Notes: a model not told the origin generated them from the sequence alone. 64,000 nucleotides of DNA from Deltaproteobacteria bacterium (GCA_040218735.1 JAVJQW010000023.1:704001-768000), one strand, 5' to 3'; numbered from the stretch's first letter, positions 46,960 through 56,775 are shown. Made by a program: numbers and translations.

Positions 46960-48858
46960 TCAGTCCACGATCGGAACGGAGTCTTCCTCGACGACATGGG
47001 TGTTCTGTTCGTCCACGACGAGCCCACCCGGCCCTTCGTCGACGCCCAGCGGAACCGCTTCGACCGCGGGGGGCGGCGCGGCCTCGGGTTCGGTGATCTC
47101 GGCGACCGGCGGCGGCGCCTCCGACCGTTCGGACCGGTCCGACCGTTCCGATCGCGTCCGGGTGCGCGACCGACGACGACGCGGCGGCGGCGCCTCTTCG
47201 ACCTTCTCGGTCGGCGTCGGCTCGATGCGGGTCGGCTCGACACGCTCCGCGGGGAGCGGCACCAACGCCGCGTGCAGGTCGACGTTGCGCTCGCGCACCT
47301 TCGTCGTGAGCGTCTGCTTCTCGTAGCCGTCGAGCTCGAGCTCGAACGACTTCGTCTGCCCGATCGCGTCGGCGCCCACGCGGTGGACCAGCGGCGTCTC
47401 ACCGATCTTGCGCCCTTCGGCGCGCACCGTCGCGCCCGCCGGCGACGTCGTCAGCCGCACCTCGACCTCGGCGGGCGCAGGCGCGGCGGGCGTGTTCACC
47501 GCGATCGGCTTGGCCGGCTCGGGGCGAAGCGCCCGCGTCGCCGCGTAGCCGACGAAGCCCACGAGCAGCAAGAGCGGCACGACCAACCAAACTCTGCGCG
47601 ACCGTCGCGGCTGGACGAACGAGACGTCCATATCGTCGGACGGCGTGGGGCTCGGCGTCGAGCTCGGGAGCGGCGGCGGCGTCATCGTCAGATCGACGGA
47701 GACCGATGCCTCCGAGGGCATCGACAAGTCCGGCGGTGCGGTGAGCCCGGGCGGCACGGAGAAGTCGGGGGGCAGCGAGAGGTCGGGGGGCGCGCTCGTG
47801 TGCGATGCGCCGAGCGTCGACAGCTGCGACTCAGTCTGCACGCTGACGCCGGTCATGAGGCGGTACGCCGCCTTGAGGTCGGCGATGACCTCGTCCATCG
47901 ACTGGTACCGATCGTCGGGGCGCTTCTCCATGCACCGCCGAATCACGACCTCCAGCTCGGGCGCGACGACGACGTCCGGGACGACGTCCGCGAAGGTCGG
48001 CGGGGCGTCGCGCAGGTGCTGTTCGAGGATCTCGACGCTGTTCGCGCCGACGAACGGTGGCCGCCCCGCGACCATGTTGAACATGATGATTCCGAGCGAA
48101 TAGACGTCCGTGCGCGGGTCGACCGGCTTGCAGCGTATCTGCTCCGGCGCCATGTACCGCGGCGAACCGAGCCAGGTCCCGGAGCGCGTGAGCTCCATGT
48201 TGCCCTCGGTCTCGTCGTCCTCGAAGACCTTCACGAGTCCGAAGTCGAGGACCTTCACGAAGTCGCCGTCCTGGTCCTCGTCGCGGAGGAGCATGACATT
48301 TCCCGGCTTGAGATCGCGGTGCACGATGCCGGTCTTGTGTGCGGTGCGGAGCGCGCGACAGATCTGCAGCCCGATCTGCGCGGTGCGTTCGCTCCCGAGG
48401 CGTATCTGCTGGGAGATGATGCGCGAGAGCGGCTCCCCGGCGAGGTACTCCATCGCCATGAAGAGCTCGCCGTCGTCGGCTTCCCCGTAGTCGTGGACGG
48501 TGACGATGTGCCGGTGCACGAGCTTCGCGCAGGTCGACGCCTCCAAGAAGAAGCGCTGCCGGAACTCGTCGTCGTTCGGCTTCGAGGTCAGCACTTTGAC
48601 GGCGACCTCGCGTCCGAGCGGCAGCTGCGTGGCGAGATAAACCCGGCCCATCCCCCCCTTCGCGACCATGCGATCCAGGCGATACCGACCGGCGAGAAGC
48701 TCTCCGACGCGGTGCTCGGGCTTCGCCGTAACCTGTTCGCTCACGAGCTGGGATTGGGTGACGTCCTCGGGTGCGACCGAACCTGGTCGCTCGGCCGGGA
48801 CGCGCTCATCCGTAGACGCGGGCCGCGTAGCCTGCTCGTTTTCCGCGGGCCCGCTCAT
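46960..48858 (-). CDS. Transmembrane Ser/Thr kinase with a PEGA domain
   Basis: KGGMGRVY, VAVK, HRDLKPGN, DFG, YMAPE, TM helix and TSPAGATV..GETP. Confidence 0.92.
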   Translation of the reverse strand: MSGPAENEQATRPASTDERVPAERPGSVAPEDVTQSQLVSEQVTAKPEHRVGELLAGRYRLDRMVAKGGMGRVYLATQLPLGREVAVKVLTSKPNDDEFRQRFFLEASTCAKLVHRHIVTVHDYGEADDGELFMAMEYLAGEPLSRIISQQIRLGSERTAQIGLQICRALRTAHKTGIVHRDLKPGNVMLLRDEDQDGDFVKVLDFGLVKVFEDDETEGNMELTRSGTWLGSPRYMAPEQIRCKPVDPRTDVYSLGIIMFNMVAGRPPFVGANSVEILEQHLRDAPPTFADVVPDVVVAPELEVVIRRCMEKRPDDRYQSMDEVIADLKAAYRLMTGVSVQTESQLSTLGASHTSAPPDLSLPPDFSVPPGLTAPPDLSMPSEASVSVDLTMTPPPLPSSTPSPTPSDDMDVSFVQPRRSRRVWLVVPLLLLVGFVGYAATRALRPEPAKPIAVNTPAAPAPAEVEVRLTTSPAGATVRAEGRKIGETPLVHRVGADAIGQTKSFELELDGYEKQTLTTKVRERNVDLHAALVPLPAERVEPTRIEPTPTEKVEEAPPPRRRRSRTRTRSERSDRSERSEAPPPVAEITEPEAAPPPAVEAVPLGVDEGPGGLVVDEQNTHVVEEDSVPIVD

Positions 48859-48989
48859 CGGGAAATCGAGGATGCCACGCGGCCTCTATCGGCGCAAAGG
48901 GCCGCGGGTGACGTCCTCGCGTACCCGTATTCCACGTTACGGCTCCGGTTGACATCCGTTCGGGGGACGGGCGTCGTAGGCGGCGGGGG

Positions 48990-50549
48990 TTGAGGGGGTT
49001 GCCGGCGGGCCAGTCGCTCGAAGAGCTGACACGAATCGCTCAGGCTCGACCGCAGGACGTCGACGCCTGGCATGCGCTTGGCCGTGCATTCGTCGATGCA
49101 GGTGACACCGCACGCGCGGTGATGTCGCTGCGCCACGCGATGGGCCTCGCGGCGACGGACGCTGCCCAACTCTCGGACATCGGTGCATCCCTCCTCCGTG
49201 CGGGCGCTTCGTCGGACGCGCTCGCCGCACTGCGGCGCGCGGTTCAGTTGGACCCGACGCGCGAAGAAGCCCACGAGCGCATCGGGGCGACCCTCCTCGC
49301 AATGGGAGACGCCGAAGCCGCCGCGCTGTCGTTGAAAGTTGCGTTGACACGCCTCCCGGACGCCGCGCGCCTGCGCGTTCGGCTCGGACGCGCGCTGTTG
49401 ACGAGTGGCCGCACGCGCGAAGCGCTGGGCCACGCGCAGCGCGCCGCCGAAGTCTTGACGCAGGACGCCGACGCCCACCGCCTCCTCGCGCAGATTCACC
49501 GGGAGCTCGATCAGCCGCAGGACTACGCCGCCGCGCTCGAGCGGCTGAGCATCCTCGACCCGACGGACGCCGAGGCCGCGATCGCGTTGGGGCTTCGGCG
49601 CGCCCGCGAAGGCCGCCACGACGAAGCGCTCGCGATCCTCGACCAAGCGCGCAAACACGCGCCCGCGCGCGCCGACATTCAGGTTCGGCTGGGCCGCGCG
49701 CTCATGGAGGCGGGCGCGATCGGCGGCGCCGTGCGGTGCTTTCGCGAAACGATACGCATCAACCCGGACCTCGCCGAAGCCCACCTCGAGCTCGGCCTCG
49801 CGCTACGCGCGGGCGGCGCGCTGAAGGACGCGATCCACTCCCTGCGGAGCGCAACCCGGCTTGCACCGACGAGCGGCGAGATGTTCTTCCACCTCGGCAT
49901 GACGCTACGGACGGCCGGCGAGAACCGCGAGGCCGCGAGCATGTTGATCAAGGCGGCCGCGAACACCCCGGACGACGAGCGCATCCAGGCGGCGCTCGCC
50001 ACCGCGCTCACCCACCTCCGCGGTGCGCCCGCGGCGCAACCGCAGCGCGCGATGGACGACGCGGCGAGTGGCATCACGAGCGACCTCGCGATCTTCTCGC
50101 TCGCCGAGCTGCTGGAGTTCCTCCTGAACCAACACTCGACCGGCGTCCTGGAGGTGACCTCGGATCACGGAATCGGGCGACTCGAGCTGTTCGACGGCTC
50201 CATCGCGGCGGCGTCGTACCCGAGCGGGAAGCCGCTCGGTGAGCAGGTGCTGGAGCTGGACCTGATCACCCAGACGGACCTGAAGCGCTCCGTCGTGGAC
50301 CCGAACGACCTGGAGCGCGACGCGATCGTCGCGAACGTCCTGCTGTCCTCACAGCTCGTCGACCGAACGTCGCTCTACGACGTGCTCAGCAAACACGTGC
50401 GCTCCGCGCTGACGGAGATGCTGGGGTGGTCGACCGGGAGCGCGTCGTTCCGCCGAACGGCGGCGACGCAGAACGCCCCCGAGATCCTGGTCGATACGCG
50501 GTGGGCGCTCCTCGAAGCGACGCGCCTCGTCGACGAGTCGAGGCGCTGA
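48990..50549 (+). CDS. TPR-repeat protein with a C-terminal DUF4388 domain
   Basis: Many TPR-like helical repeats, then SDLAIFSLAELLEFL..STGVLEV..W..G..F; start uncertain. Confidence 0.8.
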   Translation: MRGLPAGQSLEELTRIAQARPQDVDAWHALGRAFVDAGDTARAVMSLRHAMGLAATDAAQLSDIGASLLRAGASSDALAALRRAVQLDPTREEAHERIGATLLAMGDAEAAALSLKVALTRLPDAARLRVRLGRALLTSGRTREALGHAQRAAEVLTQDADAHRLLAQIHRELDQPQDYAAALERLSILDPTDAEAAIALGLRRAREGRHDEALAILDQARKHAPARADIQVRLGRALMEAGAIGGAVRCFRETIRINPDLAEAHLELGLALRAGGALKDAIHSLRSATRLAPTSGEMFFHLGMTLRTAGENREAASMLIKAAANTPDDERIQAALATALTHLRGAPAAQPQRAMDDAASGITSDLAIFSLAELLEFLLNQHSTGVLEVTSDHGIGRLELFDGSIAAASYPSGKPLGEQVLELDLITQTDLKRSVVDPNDLERDAIVANVLLSSQLVDRTSLYDVLSKHVRSALTEMLGWSTGSASFRRTAATQNAPEILVDTRWALLEATRLVDESRR

Positions 50550-50562
50550 CACCGATAACGGC

Positions 50563-51441
50563 CTAGATCGGCCCGTTCTGCAAGACAGCTTGCAGGTAGC
50601 CCTCGGCGAACCACTCGTCCCAGTCGCGCGGGCCGATGATGTGCCCGATGAGCCGACCGTCGACGATGATGTACGTCTCCGGGAACTTCGTCGTGCCGTA
50701 CTGGGTCGCGATCTTGCCCGAGGGGTCGAGTAGGACCTGGAAGGGCGCCGGCTCCTTGGCGAAGAACTCGCGGACGGGCGCCCACTCTTCATCCGTGCTC
50801 ACGGCGAGCATGACGAAGCGGTCGTCGTTCGCGAAGCGCTGCGCGAGGCGGCGCATCGAAGGCATCTCTTCGATGCACGGCGGGCACCACGTCGCCCAGT
50901 AGTTCAGGAAGACGACCTTCCCGGCGTAGTCGGAGAGCGACCGTTTGCTGCCGTCGAGGGTCTCGAGCGTGAACGGGATCGGCGCCTCGTTCTTCTTCTT
51001 GATGTCGAGCAGCTCGGCAGCGACACGACCGCGGCCAACGCGGACGTCGCTCATGCCCTCCGCGACCTGATAACCAAACGCGCCGAACACCACGACCGCG
51101 AGGAACGCGCTCACCGCGCGGGCCGGGATCCAGGGGCGGGGTTCGAGGTTCTCGAGCGCTTCGACGCTCGGTGCGTCGGCCCCGCGCGTCTGCGACTTGG
51201 ACGCCTTCTCGAGGCGCTTGCGGAACGCCTGCTCCGTCATGCGGCCCTTGAAGGCCTTGCGACCCTCGATGGCGACGACCGGGATCTCGTTGCCGTACTT
51301 CCTGGTCAGCTCGGCGTCGTCGGAGATGTCGACCGTCTCGAAGTCGAGGTCGATCTCTTCGCCGACGCGTTCGACCGTCTCGATGACGGGCTTGCACAGC
51401 TTGCAGTCGGGGCGGGTGTAGACCGTGACCGAAATCGCCAT
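50563..51441 (-). CDS. Glutaredoxin-like (DUF836) domain, TM helix and TlpA thioredoxin fusion
   Basis: YTRPDCKLC..EIPVV, then a TM helix, then GKVVFLNYWATWCPPC..FPETY. Start taken as ATG 51441. Confidence 0.85.
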   Translation of the reverse strand: MAISVTVYTRPDCKLCKPVIETVERVGEEIDLDFETVDISDDAELTRKYGNEIPVVAIEGRKAFKGRMTEQAFRKRLEKASKSQTRGADAPSVEALENLEPRPWIPARAVSAFLAVVVFGAFGYQVAEGMSDVRVGRGRVAAELLDIKKKNEAPIPFTLETLDGSKRSLSDYAGKVVFLNYWATWCPPCIEEMPSMRRLAQRFANDDRFVMLAVSTDEEWAPVREFFAKEPAPFQVLLDPSGKIATQYGTTKFPETYIIVDGRLIGHIIGPRDWDEWFAEGYLQAVLQNGPI

Positions 51442-51502
51442 CGAGGGGGGATCTGAGCAGGAAAGGTTGCGCCAAGACAAGGATCGCGTCATCCACCGCG
51501 CG

Positions 51503-52465
51503 ATGGGTCGCATCTCGGGCGACATCGCGGTCATGCCGATCGCCGACGTAGTCATCTGGCTCGCCAACCGCGGGCACGCGGGGCGCCTGACCGTCGAGAG
51601 CGAGGGCGTCGAGAAGACGTTCGACATCGAGCCGGGGATGGTCACGCGCGCCACATCGAACGCCGCGCGCGAGTACTTCGGACAGTTCCTCCTCCACTTC
51701 GGACTGCTGACCGAGGACCAGCTCGAGCGTGCGTTCGAGACCCAACGCGAGACCGGCGTGCTGCTCGGTCGCATCCTCGTGATGATCGGCATCGTCCCCG
51801 AGGAGCAGGTCATCCAGTCGTTGCGCGTGAAGATCAGCGAGTCGCTCCTGGCCTGTTGCCGGTGGCGCACGGGACACTTCGAGTTCGTCGGCGACGCCCC
51901 CAAGCGCACCGAAGCCCAGATCGAGGTCGCGGTCCCGCTGCGCGATCTGTTCTCCGAGGGCACACAGCGTGAAGAGGTGTGGCGGCGCTTCGAGATCGCG
52001 TTCCCTTCGCCGAGCCACGTCGCGATCGTCGACGAGGCCCGTGTGCGCACCGAAGCGATCGACGCACCGGACCGTCGACTCCTCGAGCTGTGTCGTTCGG
52101 GGCTCTCCGTCTCCGAGATGACGCTCGAGCTCCACGCCACCGACTACCAGATCGCCGCGGGTCTCCTCGGGCTGTACGAGCGAAGGATGATCGCGCCGGC
52201 GGAGCCCACGACGGATCTCCCGGTGCCGGGGACGTTCCGCGAGGACGCGGTGAGCACGACGCACCGGGCCTCCGTCCCGCAGGTCGTTCGCGAACCGTCG
52301 TACGACGAGCGCCGAGCGCTCAGCGCGAAGCAGCGCTACGTCTTGGGAAGAGTCGACGGGAAACGAACGGTGCAGGCGATCATCGAAGTGAGCCCGATGC
52401 ACGATCTCGAAGCGCTACAGATCCTCGACGCCTTCGTTCGGGACCAGCTCGTCCGGATCGATTGA
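51503..52465 (+). CDS. DUF4388-domain protein
   Basis: ISGDI...GRLTV...YFGQFL...W..G.FEF. Start ATG 51503 avoids overlap with the divergent gene. Confidence 0.8.
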   Translation: MGRISGDIAVMPIADVVIWLANRGHAGRLTVESEGVEKTFDIEPGMVTRATSNAAREYFGQFLLHFGLLTEDQLERAFETQRETGVLLGRILVMIGIVPEEQVIQSLRVKISESLLACCRWRTGHFEFVGDAPKRTEAQIEVAVPLRDLFSEGTQREEVWRRFEIAFPSPSHVAIVDEARVRTEAIDAPDRRLLELCRSGLSVSEMTLELHATDYQIAAGLLGLYERRMIAPAEPTTDLPVPGTFREDAVSTTHRASVPQVVREPSYDERRALSAKQRYVLGRVDGKRTVQAIIEVSPMHDLEALQILDAFVRDQLVRID

Positions 52466-52477
52466 GCTCGCAGCCGA

Positions 52478-53980
52478 CTACAGCTCGCCGCCGTTTTTGT
52501 CGTAGTGCGCGAGGCGCCGGTAGAGCGTGGCGCGCCCCATGCCCAGCAGCTTCGCGGCCTTCTCGACGCTGCCGCCGGAGAGGCGCAGCGCCTTCTTGAT
52601 GGCGCGGCGCTCGAGCTCGCGCACCGGGATGACCTCGTCGTCGTCGCCGAGGATGTCCCCGCGGGGTACGCCACCGGCCGGCGCGCCGCCGATCTCACGA
52701 AGCTCCGACGCGAGGTGCTCCACGAGCAGCGCGTCGCCGTCCATGGAGAGCACCGCGCGGTGCACGATGTTCTCGAGCTGCCGAACGTTCTCCGGCCACT
52801 CGTAGCGCGCGAGGGTGTCGAGCACCTCGGGCGCGACGCGCTTCACCGGACGATCCGGCGCCGCGTGTTTGCGGAGGAAGTGATTCACGAGCAGCGGGAT
52901 GTCGTCGCGACGCTCGCGCAGCGACGGGACGCGCAGCGGGAACACGACGAGGTTGAGGTACAGGTCCTCGCGGAACCGCCCGGCCTTCACCTCTTCGAGG
53001 AGGTCGCGGCGCGTCGAGCAGATGATCCGCGTGTCGACGTCGTAGGGCGCAGAGCCCCCGACGCGCGACGCTCGCTTGTCGTGGATGGCGCGGAGCAAGC
53101 TCGCTTGCGAGAGCGGGCTGAGGTGCTCGACGCCGTCGAGGAACAACGTGCCTCCGCGCGCTTCTTCGACCCGGCCCGCGTGAGCGCTCGGCGCGCCCGA
53201 CACCGCACCGCGCTCGTGACCGAACAGCTCCGACTCGTGGAGCATCTGCGGAATCGCGGCGCAGTTCATCGTGACGAACGGCGACTGCCCGCGCGGGCCG
53301 TCGTCGTGGATCGCGCGCGCGACGAGCTCCTTGCCGGTGCCCGCTTCGCCACGGATGGCTACGATGACTTCGCTATCGATGACGCGCCGAACCTGACGCG
53401 CGAGCTCGACCATCGGCGCGCTGCGCCCGATGACCGCGGTGTTGTCGGTCCGACCGCCCTCGGCGGCGGCGCGGGCGAGCCGATTCGTGAGGGCACGTCG
53501 CTCGAGCGCGTGCTGCACCGACAGCTCGAGGCGCTCCTGGACGAGCGGCTTGACGATGTAGTCGTAGGCCCCGGTGCGCATCGACGCCACGGCGGCCTCC
53601 ATGTCCTCGCGCCCGGTGATCACGATGACCGGGAGCTCCGGGTCGGTGGTCACGATGCGCTCGAGGAGCTTGAGGCCGTCGATGTCGGGGAGGTTGAGAT
53701 CGAGGCAGAGACACCCGAGGGTCGAGAGGTCCTGCTGCTCGAGCTGCTCGCCGTCGCTGAGCTCGAGCGTGCGACGCCCGCGCCGGCTCACCCAGCGCGC
53801 GATGAGTCGGCAGACCGCGAGATCGTCGTCGAGGACGACGACCGGTCCGACATCGGGGCCGAAGGAGGCCTCGCCGAAGCGGCTCGCGCCGAGGGCCGGG
53901 CTGCTGCTCGCCGTGCTCTCCGTGGCTGATGTGTCGGTTGTCCCGGGTTGGGACTCATGCTTGGTGGGCGTCAAAGTCAC
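52478..53980 (-). CDS. NtrC-like response regulator (REC-AAA-HTH) with degenerate sigma54-activation motifs
   Basis: REC domain LDD..LDLNLP..KP, GEAGTGKE, GAVSGA, LFLDGV, and Fis-type HTH AAKLLGMGRATLYRRL. Confidence 0.9.
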   Translation of the reverse strand: MTLTPTKHESQPGTTDTSATESTASSSPALGASRFGEASFGPDVGPVVVLDDDLAVCRLIARWVSRRGRRTLELSDGEQLEQQDLSTLGCLCLDLNLPDIDGLKLLERIVTTDPELPVIVITGREDMEAAVASMRTGAYDYIVKPLVQERLELSVQHALERRALTNRLARAAAEGGRTDNTAVIGRSAPMVELARQVRRVIDSEVIVAIRGEAGTGKELVARAIHDDGPRGQSPFVTMNCAAIPQMLHESELFGHERGAVSGAPSAHAGRVEEARGGTLFLDGVEHLSPLSQASLLRAIHDKRASRVGGSAPYDVDTRIICSTRRDLLEEVKAGRFREDLYLNLVVFPLRVPSLRERRDDIPLLVNHFLRKHAAPDRPVKRVAPEVLDTLARYEWPENVRQLENIVHRAVLSMDGDALLVEHLASELREIGGAPAGGVPRGDILGDDDEVIPVRELERRAIKKALRLSGGSVEKAAKLLGMGRATLYRRLAHYDKNGGEL

Positions 53981-53992
53981 GATGAGACCTTA

Positions 53993-54008
53993 AGCAGCAG
54001 ACGTGCCA
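53993..54008 (-). promoter_or_regulatory. Putative sigma54 promoter of the NtrC-like gene
   Basis: Minus strand reads (T)TGGCACGTCTGCTGCT, with GG-N10-GC spacing. Confidence 0.72.
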
Positions 54009-54127
54009 AACGCGAAAGCCGCGCTCGTGGTCTCGGCTACGCAACCGATGTCCCAAACCTCCGGATGATCGTGCCCGCGGGGCGCACAAACTTGCGTAGT
54101 CGATCGGACAACCGCTCAAAGCGAGAT

Positions 54128-54601
54128 TCAGGGTGCTTCAGGCTTGGTCGCAATCGCGAGGTTGTTGAGACCGGCGCGGCGCGCCGCCTCCATCACGGAG
54201 ACCACCCGTTTGTGTAGGGCGGCTTCGTCGGCCTGAACGAGGACCAGCTTGCCGGCGTTCGCGGCCGCCTCGGCCTTGAAGATCGCCTCGAGCTCCGAAG
54301 TGGACACCGCCTCGCCGCGCGCCACGACCGTCCCATCCTCCAGGACGGCGACGACCAGCTCGTCGGAGATGGTGCTGACCTCGTCGGTGTCGGAGCCCGT
54401 GGGGAGGTTCACGCGGAAGCCGCTGCCTTCGCCCTGGCCCGGCGGAGCGATGATCGCGGTGCTCCCGGCCATGAGGATCACCAGGAGGACCAGCATGATG
54501 TCCACGAGCGGGACGATGTTGATCTCCGTGAACCCGCCCCCGGCGAGGTCGTCGGAGTCTTCGAGGCCGTCCGCCTGCGGCGCGGGTCCCTGGATGGCCA
54601 C
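54128..54601 (-). CDS. ExbD/TolR-family protein
   Basis: EINIVPLVDIMLVLL with the conserved Asp, and VLVQAD..V..VM..A..AG; start GTG 54601. Confidence 0.88.
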   Translation of the reverse strand: MAIQGPAPQADGLEDSDDLAGGGFTEINIVPLVDIMLVLLVILMAGSTAIIAPPGQGEGSGFRVNLPTGSDTDEVSTISDELVVAVLEDGTVVARGEAVSTSELEAIFKAEAAANAGKLVLVQADEAALHKRVVSVMEAARRAGLNNLAIATKPEAP

Positions 54602-54603
54602 GG

Positions 54604-55320
54604 TCAGCCCTCCGACGGGAGCGGCGCGGCCGTGGGCGTCGGCGCCGGGGTCGCCATGTCGACGGACGGGGTCCGCGAGGTCGGCGGGGCCGCACCGTCC
54701 TCCATCACCTTGCCGAGGGTCTCGATGAACTCGTCGACGACGAGCTTCACTTCGACGCCCGCTCGGCTGCCGCGGATCTGGAAGAAGTTGTAGAGGATGA
54801 CGGCCAGGATCGCGACGAAGATGCCGCCCGCGGTGGCCTGCAACGCCTCCGACACCCCCTCCGCCACGATGCCGAAGCCGCCCGAGCCCGCCTGCGCGAT
54901 GTCGCGGAAGGACCGGATGATGCCGACCACCGTTCCGAACAGACCTATGAATGGGGCGATGGCGCCGATGCTTCCGAGCGCCCAGAGGCGCCGCCGCATC
55001 CACAGCCCGAACCGCTGTCGCTCACGCTCGGCCGCCTTGTGTATGGAGAGGCCGGGACGATTCACCTTGTTGAGCGCCGCGATGAAGATGTCCGCGACCG
55101 GCGAGGTGCTGCGCTCGCACACGGTGCGCGCGGCCTGCAGGTCGCCGTGGAACAGCACCTTCTGGACCTCGGTGCCCAGGTCTCGCGCCGACTCGACGAG
55201 GCGCCAGAACGTATAGAGCTGCTCGAGCGCCAGCCCGAGCACCAAGATGGAGCCCACGAGCGTCGCGAAGAAGGCCGTCGGGTCGACCGCAAAGGCCTCG
55301 GTCGTCGCCTCAGGCGTCAT
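54604..55320 (-). CDS. MotA/TolQ/ExbB proton-channel protein
   Basis: APFIGLFGTVVGII..F and GVSEALQATAGG. Confidence 0.9.
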   Translation of the reverse strand: MTPEATTEAFAVDPTAFFATLVGSILVLGLALEQLYTFWRLVESARDLGTEVQKVLFHGDLQAARTVCERSTSPVADIFIAALNKVNRPGLSIHKAAERERQRFGLWMRRRLWALGSIGAIAPFIGLFGTVVGIIRSFRDIAQAGSGGFGIVAEGVSEALQATAGGIFVAILAVILYNFFQIRGSRAGVEVKLVVDEFIETLGKVMEDGAAPPTSRTPSVDMATPAPTPTAAPLPSEG

Positions 55321-55604
55321 CGTTCCCCATGCTCGGCATTGTTACCCGCCAGTGCGCTCCTCTGCCAGATTCGCGTCGTCGTCAGGAGTGCGACCGCGAC
55401 CGTAATCATCTCTACGGCCACTTCGGCGATCTTGGGGAGCGAGAACATCGACAGCGTCCCAAATCCGATCGCACATACCAGTACGCCCGCGACGAGCCCG
55501 CCGATCCACGCCGCGCGCGACACCGTCGACGCGGAGGGCTCCACCGGCTCCGAGGAGGAACCGGCGGCGGGCGCGCGGCCTTCCCGCTGTTCCTCAGTCG
55601 CCAT
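55317..55604 (-). CDS. Small two-TM membrane protein
   Basis: Two hydrophobic segments; overlaps the dnaJ stop and the exbB-like start (ATGA). Confidence 0.55.
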   Translation of the reverse strand: MATEEQREGRAPAAGSSSEPVEPSASTVSRAAWIGGLVAGVLVCAIGFGTLSMFSLPKIAEVAVEMITVAVALLTTTRIWQRSALAGNNAEHGER

Positions 55605-56775
55605 CGAACGCATCGCGGAGCCGATCGAAGAAGCCGCCGGAGCGACGACGTTTGTTGCGTGTCTCGCGCCGCCCCGCGTCGCCGGACGAGAACTCCGGCT
55701 CCTGCGGGATGATGTCCTCGATCACTTCGATCGCTTTCTTCTGGTCGTCGCTGAGCTTCCTGGGGACCTGCACCGTGAGGTGCACGATCATGTCGCCGCG
55801 CCCGCGGCCACCGAGGCGCGGTAGCCCCTCGCCCTCGATGCGCACCTGGTCACCCGGCTGCATCGCGGAGGGGACGACGACCTCGACTTCGTCGCCGCCG
55901 AGCTTCGGGACGATCGCCTCACCGCCGAGGCACGCCATCGGGTACGGGACGGCGAGCTCGCAGTGCAGGTCGGCGCCCTCGCGGAAGAACATGTCGTGCG
56001 GGGTGACGGCGATGAATACGTAGAGGTCACCGGGCGGGCCGCCGAACGTGCCCGCGTCGCCCTCGCCCTGGAGGCGGAGCCGCACACCGGTGGAGACGCC
56101 GGGCGGGACCTTCACGTCGAGCCGCCGCGTCTCTTCGACGAAGCCGCGGCCCTCGCAGGTCTCACACGCAGCGCGCGGGACCTGGCCGCGACCGCCGCAC
56201 GCGCGACAGGTCGTCGCGATCATGAATCCGCCGCGGCCCTGCACGACCTGACCGCGGCCCTGGCACACGGCGCAGGTCGTGAGCTCGGCGTCCTTCGCGC
56301 CGGTGCCGACGCACGGCTGGCACTGGATGGAGCGGTTGACCTTCACCTTGTGGGAGGTGCCCGTGAGCGCCTCCTCGAGGGTGATCTCGAGGTCCTGCCG
56401 CAGGTCGGCGCCGACCGTCGGGCGCGGGCGGCCGAAGCCCCCGCCGCCGAACGCGGCGCCGCCGCCGAAGAGGTCGGCGAAGATGTCGCCGAAGTGCGAG
56501 AAGATGTCGCCGATGTCGCCCGTGAACCCGGGCGCGAAGCCGCCGGAGCGGAGCCCGTCGAAGCCGGCGCGGTCGTACAGGCCGCGCTTGCCTTGGTCCG
56601 AGAGCACCTCGTAGGCCTCGGCGGCCTCCTTGAACTGGTCCTCGGCGCTCGGGTCGTCCGGGTTGCGGTCGGGGTGATACTTCAGCGCGAGCTTGCGATA
56701 CGCCGACTTGATGGTCGCGGCGTCCGCGTCGCGAGCGACCCCGAGTACCTCGTAGTAGTCCCGCTTCTGCGACAT
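55594..56775 (-). CDS. dnaJ: Molecular chaperone DnaJ (class A)
   Basis: [13 protein letters not shown] region, four CxxCxGxG motifs and GPPGDLYV. Confidence 0.95.
   Translation of the reverse strand: MSQKRDYYEVLGVARDADAATIKSAYRKLALKYHPDRNPDDPSAEDQFKEAAEAYEVLSDQGKRGLYDRAGFDGLRSGGFAPGFTGDIGDIFSHFGDIFADLFGGGAAFGGGGFGRPRPTVGADLRQDLEITLEEALTGTSHKVKVNRSIQCQPCVGTGAKDAELTTCAVCQGRGQVVQGRGGFMIATTCRACGGRGQVPRAACETCEGRGFVEETRRLDVKVPPGVSTGVRLRLQGEGDAGTFGGPPGDLYVFIAVTPHDMFFREGADLHCELAVPYPMACLGGEAIVPKLGGDEVEVVVPSAMQPGDQVRIEGEGLPRLGGRGRGDMIVHLTVQVPRKLSDDQKKAIEVIEDIIPQEPEFSSGDAGRRETRNKRRRSGGFFDRLRDAFDGD

Noticed and set aside
47100-47800. Short repeats in the kinase gene (RSERSDRSERSE, PPDLS-like units)
   Set aside because: These are in-frame low-complexity linker repeats, not a CRISPR or non-coding array.
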